Below, piece after piece: positions 1 through 13,314 of a stretch of 64,000 nt of DNA. How positions within the stretch are numbered: position 1 is the stretch's first letter; every line of letters starts with the position of its first letter. The position numbers were made by a program, and so were the translations under genes. The DNA lies in the NCBI GenBank assembly GCA_024137785.1, contig JAHRHZ010000266.1, forward strand, positions 62,001 through 126,000, given 5' to 3'. The notes under the pieces were generated by a model. That model saw nothing but the letters and a program-made list of their open reading frames with translations, made no database searches and was not told where the DNA came from. Origin of the DNA: Ginglymostoma cirratum. Taxonomy: Eukaryota.

Positions 1-393
1 CGGACCTGAAACTTTAACTCTGATTTTTGCTGCCAGACCTGCTGAGCTTTTCGAGCAACTTCTGTTTTTATTCCTGAACAGTTAATTGTCACTGGTTGAC
101 TGGCAGTAATTCAGACTCGTCATATTGATAAAACGGCATTGAGGCTGAAATAGACAAAATGTAACTTTCTACGCTGAAGTCAGCTTGTACCACAGAGTGT
201 AGTAACTTCATATCATTCAGTAAATCTCAATGGTCAGACAACAGCAGGGTTTGGTTGTATCAATTAGCAAATTTTGGTTTTCTGTGTTCTGAATCTACAG
301 TATTATTGGTAAGAAATAACAATAAATGCCTTTTGTCTCATCATTGTTACTTCTCAGTCAGCTATGCCCCAACATCTCTCTTAAATCTGGTTG

Positions 394-1684
394 TGCCTGC
401 AGTATTCCGTATCTGCCCTGACTCTCTGGAAGTTTACGTGAGTTTCTGTGAGCTCTGCCCCACATGGACCTCTGATGGGAATGCTGTGGCAGCTTCAGGT
501 AAGCATTCATATCCAGCCTTCATTTTTAACAAAGCAAATAATTTCTCCCTGATGAAGAAGCCACAGTTAAGGAAAAGGCACATTGTGCCAAACAGCAACA
601 GGTTTAGGAATTAAATGCCAGGCAGCAGGCGGGTCATCAAGGAGGAGACAATTGCATGATCAACAAAATGGATTTGAAAGGTCAGTATTAGAAAGTACTT
701 ACTGTAACCCCGCACCGAGACTGACAGGAGGACCGCAGAGAGACAAGCATAGAGAGACCCCATTGTCAATACTTCACCATTTCACCCTTCTCAATCGCTT
801 ATTCTTGTCCTTTTACAGAAAAATACGGAGGTTAGCTGGCTTCCTGTGCACTGCTGAAGAAATGTTGGTCAATCTCACTAGACACGAATAACAGAAGGGA
901 AATCTGTGTATTTTTAGTAACAGCTGAGAGAATGACAAATCTACTGTAAAGCTAAGGCACTAACCACAGCAACTGTTGAGAGTTGAAAGAACAATCCAGG
1001 ATATGAACAGGTCCTTCGGCCCTCCAAGCCTGCACATTTTGCCCTTCCGTACTAAAACTGTCTTCCCTTACAGGATCTGTATCCTCTATTACCTTCCTAT
1101 TCATGTATTCATCCAAGTGCTTTTTGAATGCTGATATTGTGTCTGCTTCCACCACCTCCTCTGGCAGCATGTTCCAGGCACTCACCACCCTTTGCGTGAA
1201 AAGTGTGCCTCACATATCTCTTTTAAACGTCCCCCCCGCCAATGTTTTCAATCTGTGTCCCCTAGTAATTGACTCCTCCACCCTGGAAAAAGCCTCATGC
1301 TTTCCACTTTATCCATGCCATTCACAATCTTATAAACTTCTATTAGGTCACCCCCTCAAACTCCAGCATTCCAGTGAATACAAACCTAGTCTATCCAACC
1401 TTTCTTCATGCTAAAATCCCCCGCAATTGTCTCCTCCTTGATGACCCGCCTGCTGCCTGGCATTTAATTCCTAAACCTGTTGCTGTTTGGCACAATGTGC
1501 CTTTTCCTTAACTGTGGCTTCTTCATCAGGGAGAAATTATTTGCTTTGTTAAAAATGAAGGCTGGATATGAATGCTTACCTGAAGCTGCCACAGCATTCC
1601 CATCAGAGGTCCATGTGGGGCAGAGCTCACAGAAACTCACGTAAACTTCCAGAGAGTCAGGGCAGATACGGAATACTGCAGGCA
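394..1684. repeat. Inverted repeat, 262-bp arms at 394-655 and 1423-1684
   Basis: 1423-1684 is the reverse complement of 394-655. The ORF track shows the identical peptide PAVFRICPDSLEVY...NSNRFRN on both strands. Confidence 0.95.
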
Positions 1685-2830
1685 ACATCCTGGTAAACCT
1701 GTTCTTTACCCTCTCCAAAGCATCCACATCCTTCAGGTAGTATGGTGAACAGAACTGTGTGCAATATTCTCACCGTGGCCTGACTAAAGTTTTATAAAGC
1801 TGCAGCATAACTTGCCTATCCTTATACTCAATGCCCCTTCCAATGAAGGCAAGAATGCCATAAAACTTTTTTACTACCTTATCATCCCGAGCTGCCACCT
1901 CAGTGATCTCTGGACCTGCACATCCAGATACCTCTGCAAATCAATATTCCTAAGGATTCGGCTATTCACTGTATAATTTTCAACTGTACCTGACCTTCCA
2001 AAATGCATCACCTCACATTTGTCTGGATTAAACTTCATCTGCCTCTTTTCTGCCCACGCCGCCAACTGATCCACATCCAGGTGCATTCTCTGACAATCCT
2101 CCTCACTATCTGCAATTCTACTGATCATTGTATCATCTGCAAATTTACCAATTAGATCAGTTACGTTTTCCTCCAAATCATCTTTGCAGAACAGGAATAG
2201 CAGAGGTGGTACCACTGAATCCTGTAGAACACCACAAGTCAAAACCCTCTGTTTCAAAAAGCATCCTTCTTCCACTACCCTCTGTCTCCTATGACTAAGT
2301 CAGTTCTGTATCCATCTTGCCAACTCACCCTGATAGCATGTGACTTGACCTTATGTACCTGTCTGCCATGAGGGACCTTGTCAAAGGTTTTACTAAAGTT
2401 CAAGTAGACAACATCAACCGTTTTTCCCTAATCAATCATCTTCGTCACCTCCTCAAAAGATTCGATCAAGTTACTGAGGCATGATCTCCCTTGCACAAAA
2501 CCATGCTCTCTATCAATAATAGGTCCATTTGCTTCTAAATGTGTATAGATCCCGTAACTGGGAATCTTTTCCAATAATTTCTCTACCACCAACATGAGAC
2601 TCACAGGCCTGTAATTTCCTGAACTTTCCCTGCCACCCTTCTTAAACAATGGGACAACATTGGCTATGCACCAGGCCCCTGGGACCTCACCTGTGGCCAA
2701 AGAGGATACAAAGATGTCTGTCAATGCTCCAGCAATTTGTTCTCTTGCCTCCTTCAATATGCTGGGATAGATCTCATCATGACCCAGGGACTTATCTATT
2801 TTAACACTTTTTAAGATGGACAACACCTCT
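985..2830 (-). mobile_element. CR1-type LINE, 5'-truncated, degenerate, interrupted at 1423-1684
   Basis: RT peptides NYRPVSL, HGFVQGRSCLSNL, KFADDT and FNPDKCEVMHFG, plus the CR1 C-terminus AWNMLPEEVVEADTISAFKKHLD. Confidence 0.9.
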
Positions 2831-2854
2831 TCGATCATCAGTGTCAACATCAAA

Positions 2855-3145
2855 CACTCTGAGGGCTGGACAGGGTTAGAGACGCATCAAAGCTCCCTCT
2901 ACACTGTCCCCATCAAACATTCCCCTAAAGGGACAACCTGTGGGCCATAGAGTAAAGCTGACTCTACACTGTCCTCAGCAAACATGCTCAGGACAGGGAG
3001 AGCATAGGGTTTAGTTAGAGATTAAAGCACCTTCAGCTTTTTTAAACTGAAAATAATGCACAGTAAAGCACAGTTGACACTGTCCCCATCAAACTCTCCC
3101 AGGGCAGATACAGCACAGGATCGGATAAAGAGTTTAGCTCCTTCT
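2855..3145. repeat. Degenerate tandem array of a roughly 65-bp unit (acactgtccccatcaaac...)
   Basis: Recurring acactgtcc(c)catcaaac / ggttaga / agtaaagct motifs in about 4 degenerate copies. Confidence 0.7.
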
Positions 3146-3321
3146 CTCTGGTCATCCAGATCTTTCTGTATTGCTGAAGGGAGATTGACTCAAGACATAG
3201 GAGGCTGCTGTCCTTAACACACAGTGTTGAGATAAGGGCTGACCCAGGGTCACAGGTCTCTGGCAAAATAATCACAAATATACGTGTAGAAAGATGGAAA
3301 TTCAGTTTGTTTTGACATTGC

Positions 3322-3368
3322 AGACAGACAGACACAGACACACACACGCACGCACACACACACACACA
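3322..3368. repeat. (CA)n-type microsatellite
   Basis: Direct reading of the sequence. Confidence 0.9.
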
Positions 3369-5026
3369 TGTCGTGCATTTATAACCAAACACAGGATTTA
3401 ACAGAATAATCAAGTCCGTAGTGGCTGCTGAAGCCGCTGTGTGGTTTGCATGTTATTTCTGCAGTTCCCACAATTTCCTTCTCAGAGCCCCAATGCTTTG
3501 GGTTGTATCTCATGTTTTTTTGCCTAAGTCTGAACTGCACCAATTTTATATTTTTGAGCATTTTTCCCTGCCTCTCTTTCAGTCCAGGAGGGAAACAGCC
3601 CTCAATAGAACAGAAAGAGTCAAGACAGAGGATGTGCTGCTGATCATTTGGCTCATCGGCCTGATGTGGATTTAAAGGATTGCCAAATTTTAACTTGGTT
3701 CTTTAGTTCTATTGGTCATTTCAGAACAACAACTCCAAAGAAACATCCTCAACATAGCAGGCTGCCCAACACCATCTGTCTGGGGGATAATAGAATGTGC
3801 AATGAAAGCTGTCCCACATCAAAGAAAAAAGATCAATAGAGATACAGAAAATATATCGACACACCACCCAAGTATTCAATATCACATGACATATAGATGG
3901 GCATTGTCACACCTCATTGAGGTAGCATGTTAGAAAACAAGCCTCAGTATTCCCGGAGTTAGCGCAAAAATTAAAGTTTTTATAGAAGTTCACAAAATTC
4001 CCTAATTTCCCTGAGTTTTACACCCAGGTTGACATAAAGCACAGACCAGCTTTCTATACTTCACATGGATTACTATTTTATACAAGTAAATAGACTATAA
4101 ACCCAGACAAATAATGATGAACCATTAATATGTGACACCACTCATTAAAACTCTTAAGATCCTCATAAACTCCCACTTAAACGTGCACACACATAGTCAC
4201 ACATGCCCACAGACATTCTGAGTGTTCTGAAGAAAGGTCGTCAGACCCGAAATATTAACTCTATTTTTTTCTTCACAGATGCTGCCAGACACGCTGAGCT
4301 TTGCCAGCAACTTTGTTTTTGATCCTGATTTACAGCATCTGCAGTTCTTTCGGTGTTTATTTAGACGGGGAGTAAATATTGGTCTTTGGATGCAGGGAAA
4401 ACACAGAAAACAGTTTCAGTGGTCCCTGTTCACACAAACTGCTGAGATGATTCTTGTGCGGATCAGAAAGCTGCTTCTCTGGATGCTGTCACTGGGTTAC
4501 AAGAGTCAGAATTCACTTGACACCAGGTTATAGTCCAACAGGTTTATTTGAAATCACAAGCTTTTAAAGTGCTGCTCCTTCGTCAGGTGAATTGTGACTT
4601 CTGACTTTGTCCACCCCTGTCCAACAATGGCACATCCACAGAAGAGATACAGGGTGGCTTATAAAAGGTCTGACATTAGTCAGAGTTCAGATCTTCCTGC
4701 AATTGCTGAAGGAAAAGAGAATAAGCTAGTTTTCCTTCGCTTGAAAGAGGCTTATTCTGCAGGCAACAGAGCTGTTGTTGAAAAGTTCCACAGCTGGCGG
4801 AGGTCTGATGAAATCTCCCTATTTTGATCACATCTACAAGCTGTTCAGTTATCTGGGAACTAATCAAATCATTGTTGGCAGCAAGAACATCTTTGTCACT
4901 GAATACTGGTCATTAGTCCACAAACCAATCAGCTACTTCGTGCTGGCCGAATCGCCATTTGTACACGTCATTGTCTCCAACTCATCTGCACCTTCTTCTG
5001 CTACTATTTGACCCAGCGGCTGCGTA

Positions 5027-7412
5027 AAGGAGTTGCAAGAAAAGGATTTTGTGTAATGTCTATGAGATGGCTTTTTGGAGCAGCTCGTGGTGGAGCCCAC
5101 AAGGGAACAGGCAATACGAGATTTCGTGTTATGCAATGAGGCACACTTGATAAAGGAGCTTAAGGTAAAGGAACCCTTAGGAGGCAGTGATCATAAGATG
5201 TTAGACTTTACACTGCAATTTGAGCGGGAGAAGATAAAATCAGAGGTAACGGTATTACAGCTGAATAAAGGTGACTACAGAGGTATGAGGGAGGAGCTGG
5301 GCAGAATTGACTGGAAGAGGAGCCTAGCAGGAAAGACAGTGGAACAGCAATGGCAGGAGTTTCTGGGAGTAATTCAGGAGACGCAGCAAAAATTCATCCC
5401 TAGGAAAAAGAAGCATGGTACAGGAATGATGAGGCAACCATAGCTGACTAAGGAAGTCAGGGATAGCATAAAAGAAAAAGAGAAAGCATACAATGTGGCA
5501 AAGGGCAGTAGGAAACCAGAGGACTGGGAAGCTAACAAATACCAACAGAAGGCAACAAAAAAGAAATAAGGAGGGAGAAGATTAAATATGAGGGTAAGCT
5601 AGCCAGTAATATAAATAAGACTGTAAGAGTTTCTTTAGATATATAAAGGGCAAAAGAGAGGCAAAAGTGGACATTGGATTATTGGAAAATGACACTGGAG
5701 ACATCATCGTGGGGAACAAGGAAATGGCTGAGGAACTGAATATTTACTTCACATCAGACTTCACGATGGAAGACACGAGTAATATTCCAAAAATTCTAGA
5801 GAGTCAGGGGACAGAACTGAGTATGGTGGCCATCACCAAGGAAAAGGTGCTAGTAAAACTGATTGGACTGAAAGTGGATAAATCACCGGACAGGATGGAC
5901 TACACCACAGAGTTCTAAAGGAGATAGCTGAAGAGGTAGTGGAAGCATTTGTGGTGATCTTTCAGGAATCGCTAGAGTCGGGGATGGTCCCAGAGGACTG
6001 GAAAATCGATAAAGTAACAGGCCTGTTTAAAAAGGGAAAAAGATGGAAAATTACAGGCCGATTAGCCTAACCTCAGTCATGGGTAAGATTTTGGAATCCT
6101 TTGTAAAGGATGAGATTTCTGAATATTTGGAAATGTATAGTTAAACAGCGCAAAGTCAGCATGGTTTCATCAAGGGGTGGTCATGCCTGACAAATCCGCT
6201 AGAATTCTTTGAGGAAGTAATGAGCAGGGTAGACCAAGGAGAGTCAATGGATGTTAGCTACCCGGACTTCAAGAAGGCCTTTGATTAGGTGCCAAACAGG
6301 AGGCTGCTGAGTAAGATAAGGGCCCATGGTGTTAGAGTCAAGGTGCTAGCATGGATAGAAGATTGGCTGTCTGGCAGAAAGAAGACAGTGCGGATAAAGG
6401 GGTCTTTCTCAGGATGGCAACCGGTGACAAGTGGTGCTCCACAAGGGTCAGTGTTGGGACCACAACTTTTCACTTTATACATTAATTTTCTAGATGAAGG
6501 AACTGTGGGCATTCTGGCTAAGTTTGCAGACGATACAAAGATAGGTGGTGGGACAGGGAGTATTGAGGTGGTGGGCAAGCTGCAGAAGGATTTGGACAGG
6601 TTAGGAGGGTGGGAAAAAAAGTGGCAGATGGAATACAATGTGGGAAAGTGTGAGGTCATGCACTTTGGTAAGAATAAAATCATGGACTATTTTCTAATTG
6701 GGAGAAAATTCAGAAGTCTGAAGTGTAGAAACTTGGGAGTTCTAGTCCCGGATTCTCTCAAGGGAAACTTGCAGGTTGAGTCAGAAGTCAGCAAGGCAAA
6801 TGCAATGTTGGCATTTATTTTGAGAAGATTTGAATATAAAGGCAGGGATGTAATACTGAGGCTGTATAAGGTTCTAGTCCGGCCACATTTGGAGTATTGT
6901 GTGCGGTTCTGGGCCCCATATCTCAGGAAGGAAGTACTGGCCCTGGAGCGGATTCAGAGGAAGTTCAGGAGGAACATTTGAGGACTCTGGGACTGTACTC
7001 ATTGCAGGTTAGAAGGATGAGGGGGAATCTAATTGAAACTTACAGAATACTGAATGGCCTGGACAAAGTGGATGTTGGGAAGATGCTTCCATTGGTAGGA
7101 GAGACTAGGACCCGAGGGCACAGCCTTAGAGTAAAGGGAAGACCTTTTAGAACGGAGATAAGGAGAAACATCTTCAGCCAGAGAGTGGTGAATTTATGGG
7201 ATTCACTGCCACAGAATGCTGTGAAGGTCAGGTCATTGAGTATATTTCAGACTGAGATAGATAGGTTCTTGATTACCAAGGGGATCAAGGGTTACAGGGA
7301 GAAGGCGGGAGAACGGGTTTGAGGAACTTATCAGCCATGATTGAATGGGGGAGCGGACTCGATGGGCTAAATGGCCTAACTTCTGCTCCTATGTCTTATG
7401 GCCTTATGGTCT
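5027..7412 (+). mobile_element. CR1-type LINE, 5'-truncated, inserted after the duplication
   Basis: Frameshifted ORF2 (LGGSDH, PQGSVLGPQLF, KFADDTK, RPHLEYC) and (tcttatgg)n tail. The empty site is at about 61205 in the paralog. Confidence 0.95.
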
Positions 7413-7684
7413 TTAACAGGACTTAAATTGAGGGTCAAGTTACTTGCTTTCAAAAACATCCAGTAATCCTTCAGCAATCCCTGGCTTTCCAACAATTCTG
7501 ATACATTTAAGCCCGCAATAAAAAATACAGAACGATAAAAAGGCACGGACTTTACAAAAAATAAAAATACATTTGAAGAAGAAAATTTCAAGTTTAGGCA
7601 TTGGTGAATCCCACAATGTTCCTTGAATTTGTTCTGGGAAATAGTACAGCTCGGTTGCACAGATTCAGTACTTTCTGTGAACGC

Positions 7685-7728
7685 TCACTCCTTATGTTTG
7701 CTCACAACAGCTGCATAGGTTACATCTG
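7685..7728 (-). CDS. Terminal coding exon with canonical ITIM (VTYAAV) and stop
   Basis: Acceptor tttctatatctttctag (NAGNAG tagcag). Reads (A)DVTYAAVVSKHKE*, where VxYxxV fits the ITIM consensus. Conserved in the paralog at 61432-61475. Confidence 0.75.
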
Positions 7729-7856
7729 CTAGAAAGATATAGAAATCAGAGCTGATTGTAGTCATAATTTCAGTTTGAGAGTAATTACAGGAAAGGGGCA
7801 CCAAACATCAGTCCCTTTGGTGTCAGGGCAAATGACAGGGAAGGGAAATGTTTCAT

Positions 7857-8165
7857 CATAATGTCCCTACAGTGTGGAAACAGGCTCTTCACCCCAACAA
7901 GTCCACACTGACCACCCAGACCTATGCCCCTATAAGCCACCCATCCCTTAACACTATGGGCAATTTAGCATAGCAAATCCACCTCATCTGCACATCTTTG
8001 GACTGTGGGATGAAACTCGAGCACCCAGAAGAAACCCACATAGACACAGGGACAGGGACAATGTGCAAACTCCACACAGACAGTTGCCCAAAGGCTGGAA
8101 TTGAACCCGGAACCCTGGCACTGTGAGGCAGTAGGGCAAACCACTGAGCCACCATGCTGCCCCTA
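7857..8165 (-). mobile_element. tRNA-derived SINE, HE1-like
   Basis: The minus strand begins ggggcagcatggtggctcagtgg...gggttcaattccagcc (A/B boxes) and has a LINE-like 3' tail. Absent from the paralog at about 61605. Confidence 0.85.
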
Positions 8166-8635
8166 AGTCCAACAGTCATTCTCATTCTCTTCTGACTGTG
8201 ATACATAGAAAGAGAGAGACAATCTGCTTGACTGATAGTCAAGTATCATCCAATGGAATAGTGAAGAATCTGCTTGTTTTCTGATTAGTGCAGTAAGGTA
8301 ACACCCCAATGGAGATGGACAGTTTGACTGACCAATGAAAGCAGCATTGCAGTGAGGGGATGGAGCTTGAAGGTGATGTGATCAAATCTCCATGCTCCAC
8401 CCAGCCCCAAATGGCACTGTTCCACACATGGGAGAATGGGCTCCAGGGGCTGGGAAAGGAGAAAAGATTAGGATTTGGATTTTGAAAAGAAAAAAACTGA
8501 CTCACTCTCTTCTGAATCAGCAACTGAGACAGTCTTGCCATCTTGAACTGAAAGAGAATATTCTGTTGGTGAGGAGGATGTATTTTAAATGTTGAGAAAC
8601 ATCACTATGTGGAAAAAATATTTGTAGATGGTTAC

Positions 8636-8689
8636 CTTTTCTCTTGCTATCAAACGTGATGCTGGCGTAGGTACAGGAATCAGGCTGAG
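8636..8689 (-). CDS. Cytoplasmic exon with ITIM-like motif CTYASI
   Basis: 54-bp phase-1/1 exon, acceptor tttgtattacag, donor AAG|GTAACC. Reads (A)QPDSCTYASITFDSKRK. Splice sites are conserved in the paralog at 62087-62139. Confidence 0.7.
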
Positions 8690-8717
8690 CTGTAATACAA
8701 ACAGTATCCAAGCTGAA

Positions 8718-8933
8718 GAGATAGTAGGAACTGCAGATGCTGGAGAATCTGAGATAACAAGGTGTAGAGCTGGATGAACACAGCAGGCCAAGCAGCATCA
8801 GAGGAGCAGGAAGGCTGACATTTAGGGCCTAGACCCTTCTTCAGAAAAGGGTCTCGGCCCAAAACGTCAGCCTTCCTGCTCCTACGATGCTGCTTGGCCT
8901 GCTGTGTTCATCCAGCTCTACACCTTGTTATCT
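8718..8933. mobile_element. Short fold-back Penelope-terminus-derived insertion with 16-bp imperfect TSD
   Basis: Inverted arms of about 90 bp. Flanks cagtatccaagctgaa (8702-8717) and cagtatccacactgaa (8934-8949). Single empty site in the paralog at about 62152-62168. Confidence 0.8.
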
Positions 8934-9028
8934 CAGTATCCACACTGAAACTGCCTTACTTCAGCAGCTTTCTTACTTTAGAATCAAAGAATCTTACAGG
9001 AAAACAGAATCCTGTATTTCCATCATAG

Positions 9029-12000
9029 AACATTGAACATTACAGCGCAGTACAGGCCCTTCGGCCCTCGATGTTGTGCCGACCTGTGAAACCAATCTGA
9101 CCTACACTATTCCATTATCATCCATATGTTTATCCAATGACCATTTAAATGCCCTTAAAGTTGGTGAGTCTACTAATGTTGCAGGCAGGGCATTCCACGC
9201 TTTTACTACTCTCTCAGTAAAGAACCTACTTCTGACATCTGTCCTATATGTATCACCCCTCAATTTAAAGCTATGTCCCCTCATGCTAGCCATCACCATC
9301 TGAGGAGAAAGGCTCTCACCATCCACTCTATCTAATCCTCTGATCATCTTGTATGTCTCTATTAAGTCACCTCTTAACCTTCTTCTCTCTAACGAAAACA
9401 GCCTCAAGTCCCTCAGCCTTTCCTCATGAGACCTTCCCTCCATACCAGGCAACATCCTGGTAAATCTCCTCTGCACCCTTTCCAATGCTTCCACATCCTT
9501 CCTATAATGCAGCGACCAGAACTGTACGCAACACTCCAAGTGCCGCCGCACCAGAGTTTTGAACAGCTGCAACATCACCTCATGGCTCAGAAATTCAATC
9601 CCTCTACCAACAAAACCTAACACACCGTACGCCTTCCTAACAACCTTATCAACCTGGGTGGCAACTTTCAGGGATCTATGCACATGGACGCCGAGATCTC
9701 TCCGCTCGTCTACACTACCAAGAATCTTACCATTAGCCCTGTACTCTGTATTCCTGTTACTCCTTCCATAGTGAATCACCTCACGCTTTTCCACATTAAA
9801 TTCCATTTGCCACCTCTCAGCCCAGCTCTGCAACTTATCTATGTCCCTCTGTAACCTGCAACATACCTCTGCACTATCCACAACTCCAGCGACTTCAGTG
9901 TCATCTGCAAATTTACTAACCCATCCTTCTACACCCTCATCCAGGTCATTTATAAAAATGACAAACAGCAGTGACCCCAAAACAGATCCTTGCAGTACAC
10001 CACTAGTAACTGAACTCCAGGATGAACATTTCCCATCAAACCACCACCCTCTGTCTTCTTACAGCTAGCCAATTTCTGATCCAAACCGTTAAATCACCCT
10101 CAATCCCATGCCTCTGAATTTTCTGCAATAGCCTACCGTGGGGAACCTTATCAAACGCTTTACTGAAATCTATATACACCACATCAACCACTTTACCCTC
10201 ATCCACCTGTTTGCTCACCTTCTCAAAGAACTCAATAAGGTTTGTGAGGCACAACCTACCCTTCACAAAACCGTGTTGACTATCCCTAATCAAATTATTC
10301 CTTTCTGGATGATTATAAATCCTATCTTTTATAATTCTTTCCAACACTTTACCCACAACCGAAGTAAGGCTCACTGGTCTATAATTACCAGGGTTGTCTC
10401 TACTCCCCTTCTTGGACAAGGGGACAACATTTGCTATCCTCCAGTCTTCTGGCACTATTCCTGTAGACAATGACGACACAAAGATCAAAGCCAAAGGCTC
10501 TGCAATCTCCTCCCTAGCTTCCCAGAGAATCCTAGGATAGATCCCATCCGGCCCAGGACACTTATCTATTCTCACACTTTCCAGAATTGCTAACACCTCC
10601 TCCTTATGAACCTCAATCCTGTCTAGTCTAATAGCCTGTATCTCAGTATTCTCCTCGACAACATTGTCTTTTTCATGTGTGAATACTGATGAAAAATACT
10701 CTCCTATCTCTTCGGACTCCATGCACAACTTCCCGCTACTGTCCTTGACTGGCCCTAATCTTACTCTAGTCATTCTTTTATTCCTGACATCCCTATAGAA
10801 AGCTTTAGGGTTTTCCTTGATCTTACCTGCCAAAGACTTCGCATGTCCCCTCCTGACTCTTCTTAGCTCTCTCTTTAGGTCCTTCCTGGCTAACTTGTAA
10901 CTCTCAAGCGCCTTAACTAAGCCTTCACGCCTCATCTTTACATAAGCCTCCTTCTTCCTCTTGACAAGAGATTCAACTTCTTTAGTGAACCACGGTTCCC
11001 TCACTCGACCACTTCCTCCCTGCCTGACAGGTACATACTTATCAAGGACATGCAGCAGCTGTTCCTTGAACAAGCTCCACATTTCAATGGTGCCCAGCCC
11101 CTGCAGTTTCCTTCCCCATCCTATGCATCCTAAATCTTGCCTAATCATAACTGCCTTTCCCCCAGCTATAACTCTTGCCCTGCGGTGTATACCTATCCCT
11201 TTCCATCACTAAAGTAAACATAACCAAATTGTGGTCGCTATCACCAAAGTGCTCACCTACCTCCAATTCTAACACCTGGCCTGGTTCATTACCCAGTACC
11301 AAATCCAATGTGGCATCGCCTCTTGTTGGCCTATCTACATACTGTGTCAGGAAACCCTCCTGCACACATTGGACAAAAACTGACCTATCTAAAGTACTCA
11401 AACTATAGCGTTTCCAGTCAATATTTGGAAAGTTAAAGCCCCCATAACAACTACCCTGTTACTTTCGCTCTTATCCAGAACCATCTTTGCAATCCTTTCC
11501 TCCACATCTCTGGAACTTTTTGGAGTCCTATAGAAAACTCCCAACAGGGTGACCTCTCCTTTCCTGTTTCTATCCTCAGCCCACACTACCTCAGTCGATG
11601 AGTCTTCATCAAATGTCCTTTCTGCCTCCGTAATACTGTCCTGGACTAACAATGCCACACCTCCCCCTCTGTTACCACCTTCCCTGATCTTACTGAAACA
11701 TCTAAACCTCGGAACCTGCAACAACCATTCATGTCCCTGCTCTATCCATGTCTCCAAAATGGCCACAACATCGAAGTTCCAGGTACCAATCCATGCTGCA
11801 AGTTCACCCACCTTATTCCGGATGCTCCTGGTGTTGAAGTAGACACACTTCAAACCACCTTCCTGCCTGCTGGTACACTCCTGCGACCTTGAAACCTTAT
11901 TTGTGACCTCACTACTCTCAACCTCCTGTTCACTGGAGCTACCATTCAGTTTCCCACCCCCCTGCTGAATTAGTTTAAACCCTCCCGAAGAGCATTAGCA

Positions 12001-12372
12001 AATTTCTACCCCAGGATATTGGTACCCCTCTGGTTCAGGTGTAGACCATCCCATTTGTAGAGGTCCCACCTACCCCAGAATGACCCTCAAATATCCAGGT
12101 ATCTGAATCCCTCCCTCCTGCACCATCCCTGTAGCCACGTGTTCAACTGCTCTCTCTCCCTATTCCTCGCCTCGCCTCGCTAGCACGTGACACAGGTAAC
12201 AAACCAGAGATAACAACTCTGCTTGTTCTAGCTCTAAGCTTCCACCCTAGCTCCTTGAATTTCTGCCTTACATCCCCATCCCTTTTCCTACCTATATCGT
12301 TGGTCCCTACGTGGACGATGACTTAGGGCTGCTCCGCCTCCCCCTTAAGGATCCCAAAAACACTATCCGAGA
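9029..12372 (-). mobile_element. CR1/HER1-type LINE, near-complete ORF2 (APE endonuclease + RT) and end of ORF1
   Basis: ORFs 11398-11853, 11141-11401, 10036-11148 and 9102-9980 give EN and RT with frameshifts. TSD catcatag at 9021-9028 and 12373-12380. Empty site at about 62240. Confidence 0.95.
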
Positions 12373-13314
12373 CATCATAGCTTTACCTTTGAAAACTTTT
12401 TGATGAGCTGCATTAGAATCAGACATCAAACTGTTTTCAGAGTTATTTGGACAGGTGGTCCTCCAATAGGCCAACTTAAAAGGGGGAAAGAAAGTTGAGG
12501 AGTTCAGGTGGGATTCTCAAAGTCTTGGAGATTGAAAGTTAGGTACCAGAGACAATGTTATCACAGTCCAGTTAAACCAACACCAGTCATCTCTCTCTAA
12601 TGTGAGAACACTGTACCCTCCGGGATAAAGGTGAATTTATATTTACTGTAACGGATATGGAGTAGACAGAATTGGTGGTAAGAAGTTGTCTCAATGGATT
12701 GTAAGTGCATGAGGGTGGTGCAAAGATAGACTCAGTGCTGTAGAGGAATTTGAACCTGAGGAGGGATAACCTTTAATTTTATGCCTTTTTCAACTTGCAA
12801 GCAATTCTGGGCACCACGCCTTGGGAAGGATATTCTGACCTGAGGGAAAGTGTGGTGCAGAATGATGATATCTGGTCTCACACAGTTCAATTACAAGTTG
12901 TTCAATCACAAATTAGATTTGTATCCCTTTGCACTGCAAGGTTTGGGGAGTGATTTGATTTGATATCTCAAGGTAAGAAGAGCATAGACAATCTTTGTGC
13001 ATTTGCCAAGTTGGGATGACTCTGATGCCCTTTCGTGCGGATTCGTGATTCCATAACTACCAATGCTAATGCAGTGTTTCCAATTCTTTCACAGTCCTAT
13101 GGTTCAGGTCACAAAACCTGCACCCAGTACTCCATTGCAGAGGAAACACGTCCTGCTCATCCACAATTTTCATCCAGTTTGTCCAGAATTTTAAAGAGTC
13201 AAGGTTCACAGCGTCTCAGAGATATTGCAAACCGTGGTCTACACGAGGGAACTTATTGAGAGCTAAATTCAAAGTATGCCCTGTAATAAGGCGTGTCTTT
13301 CACATCCTGATTTA

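Noticed and set aside
4594-5011. Plus-strand ORFs (…SPYFDHIYKLFSYLGTNQ…) echoed at 60795-61130
   Set aside because: The similarity is explained by the segmental duplication. Frames and stops differ between copies and part of the sequence is repeat-derived.
8100-8165. tRNA gene
   Set aside because: It is the tRNA-derived head of a SINE and does not form a complete cloverleaf.
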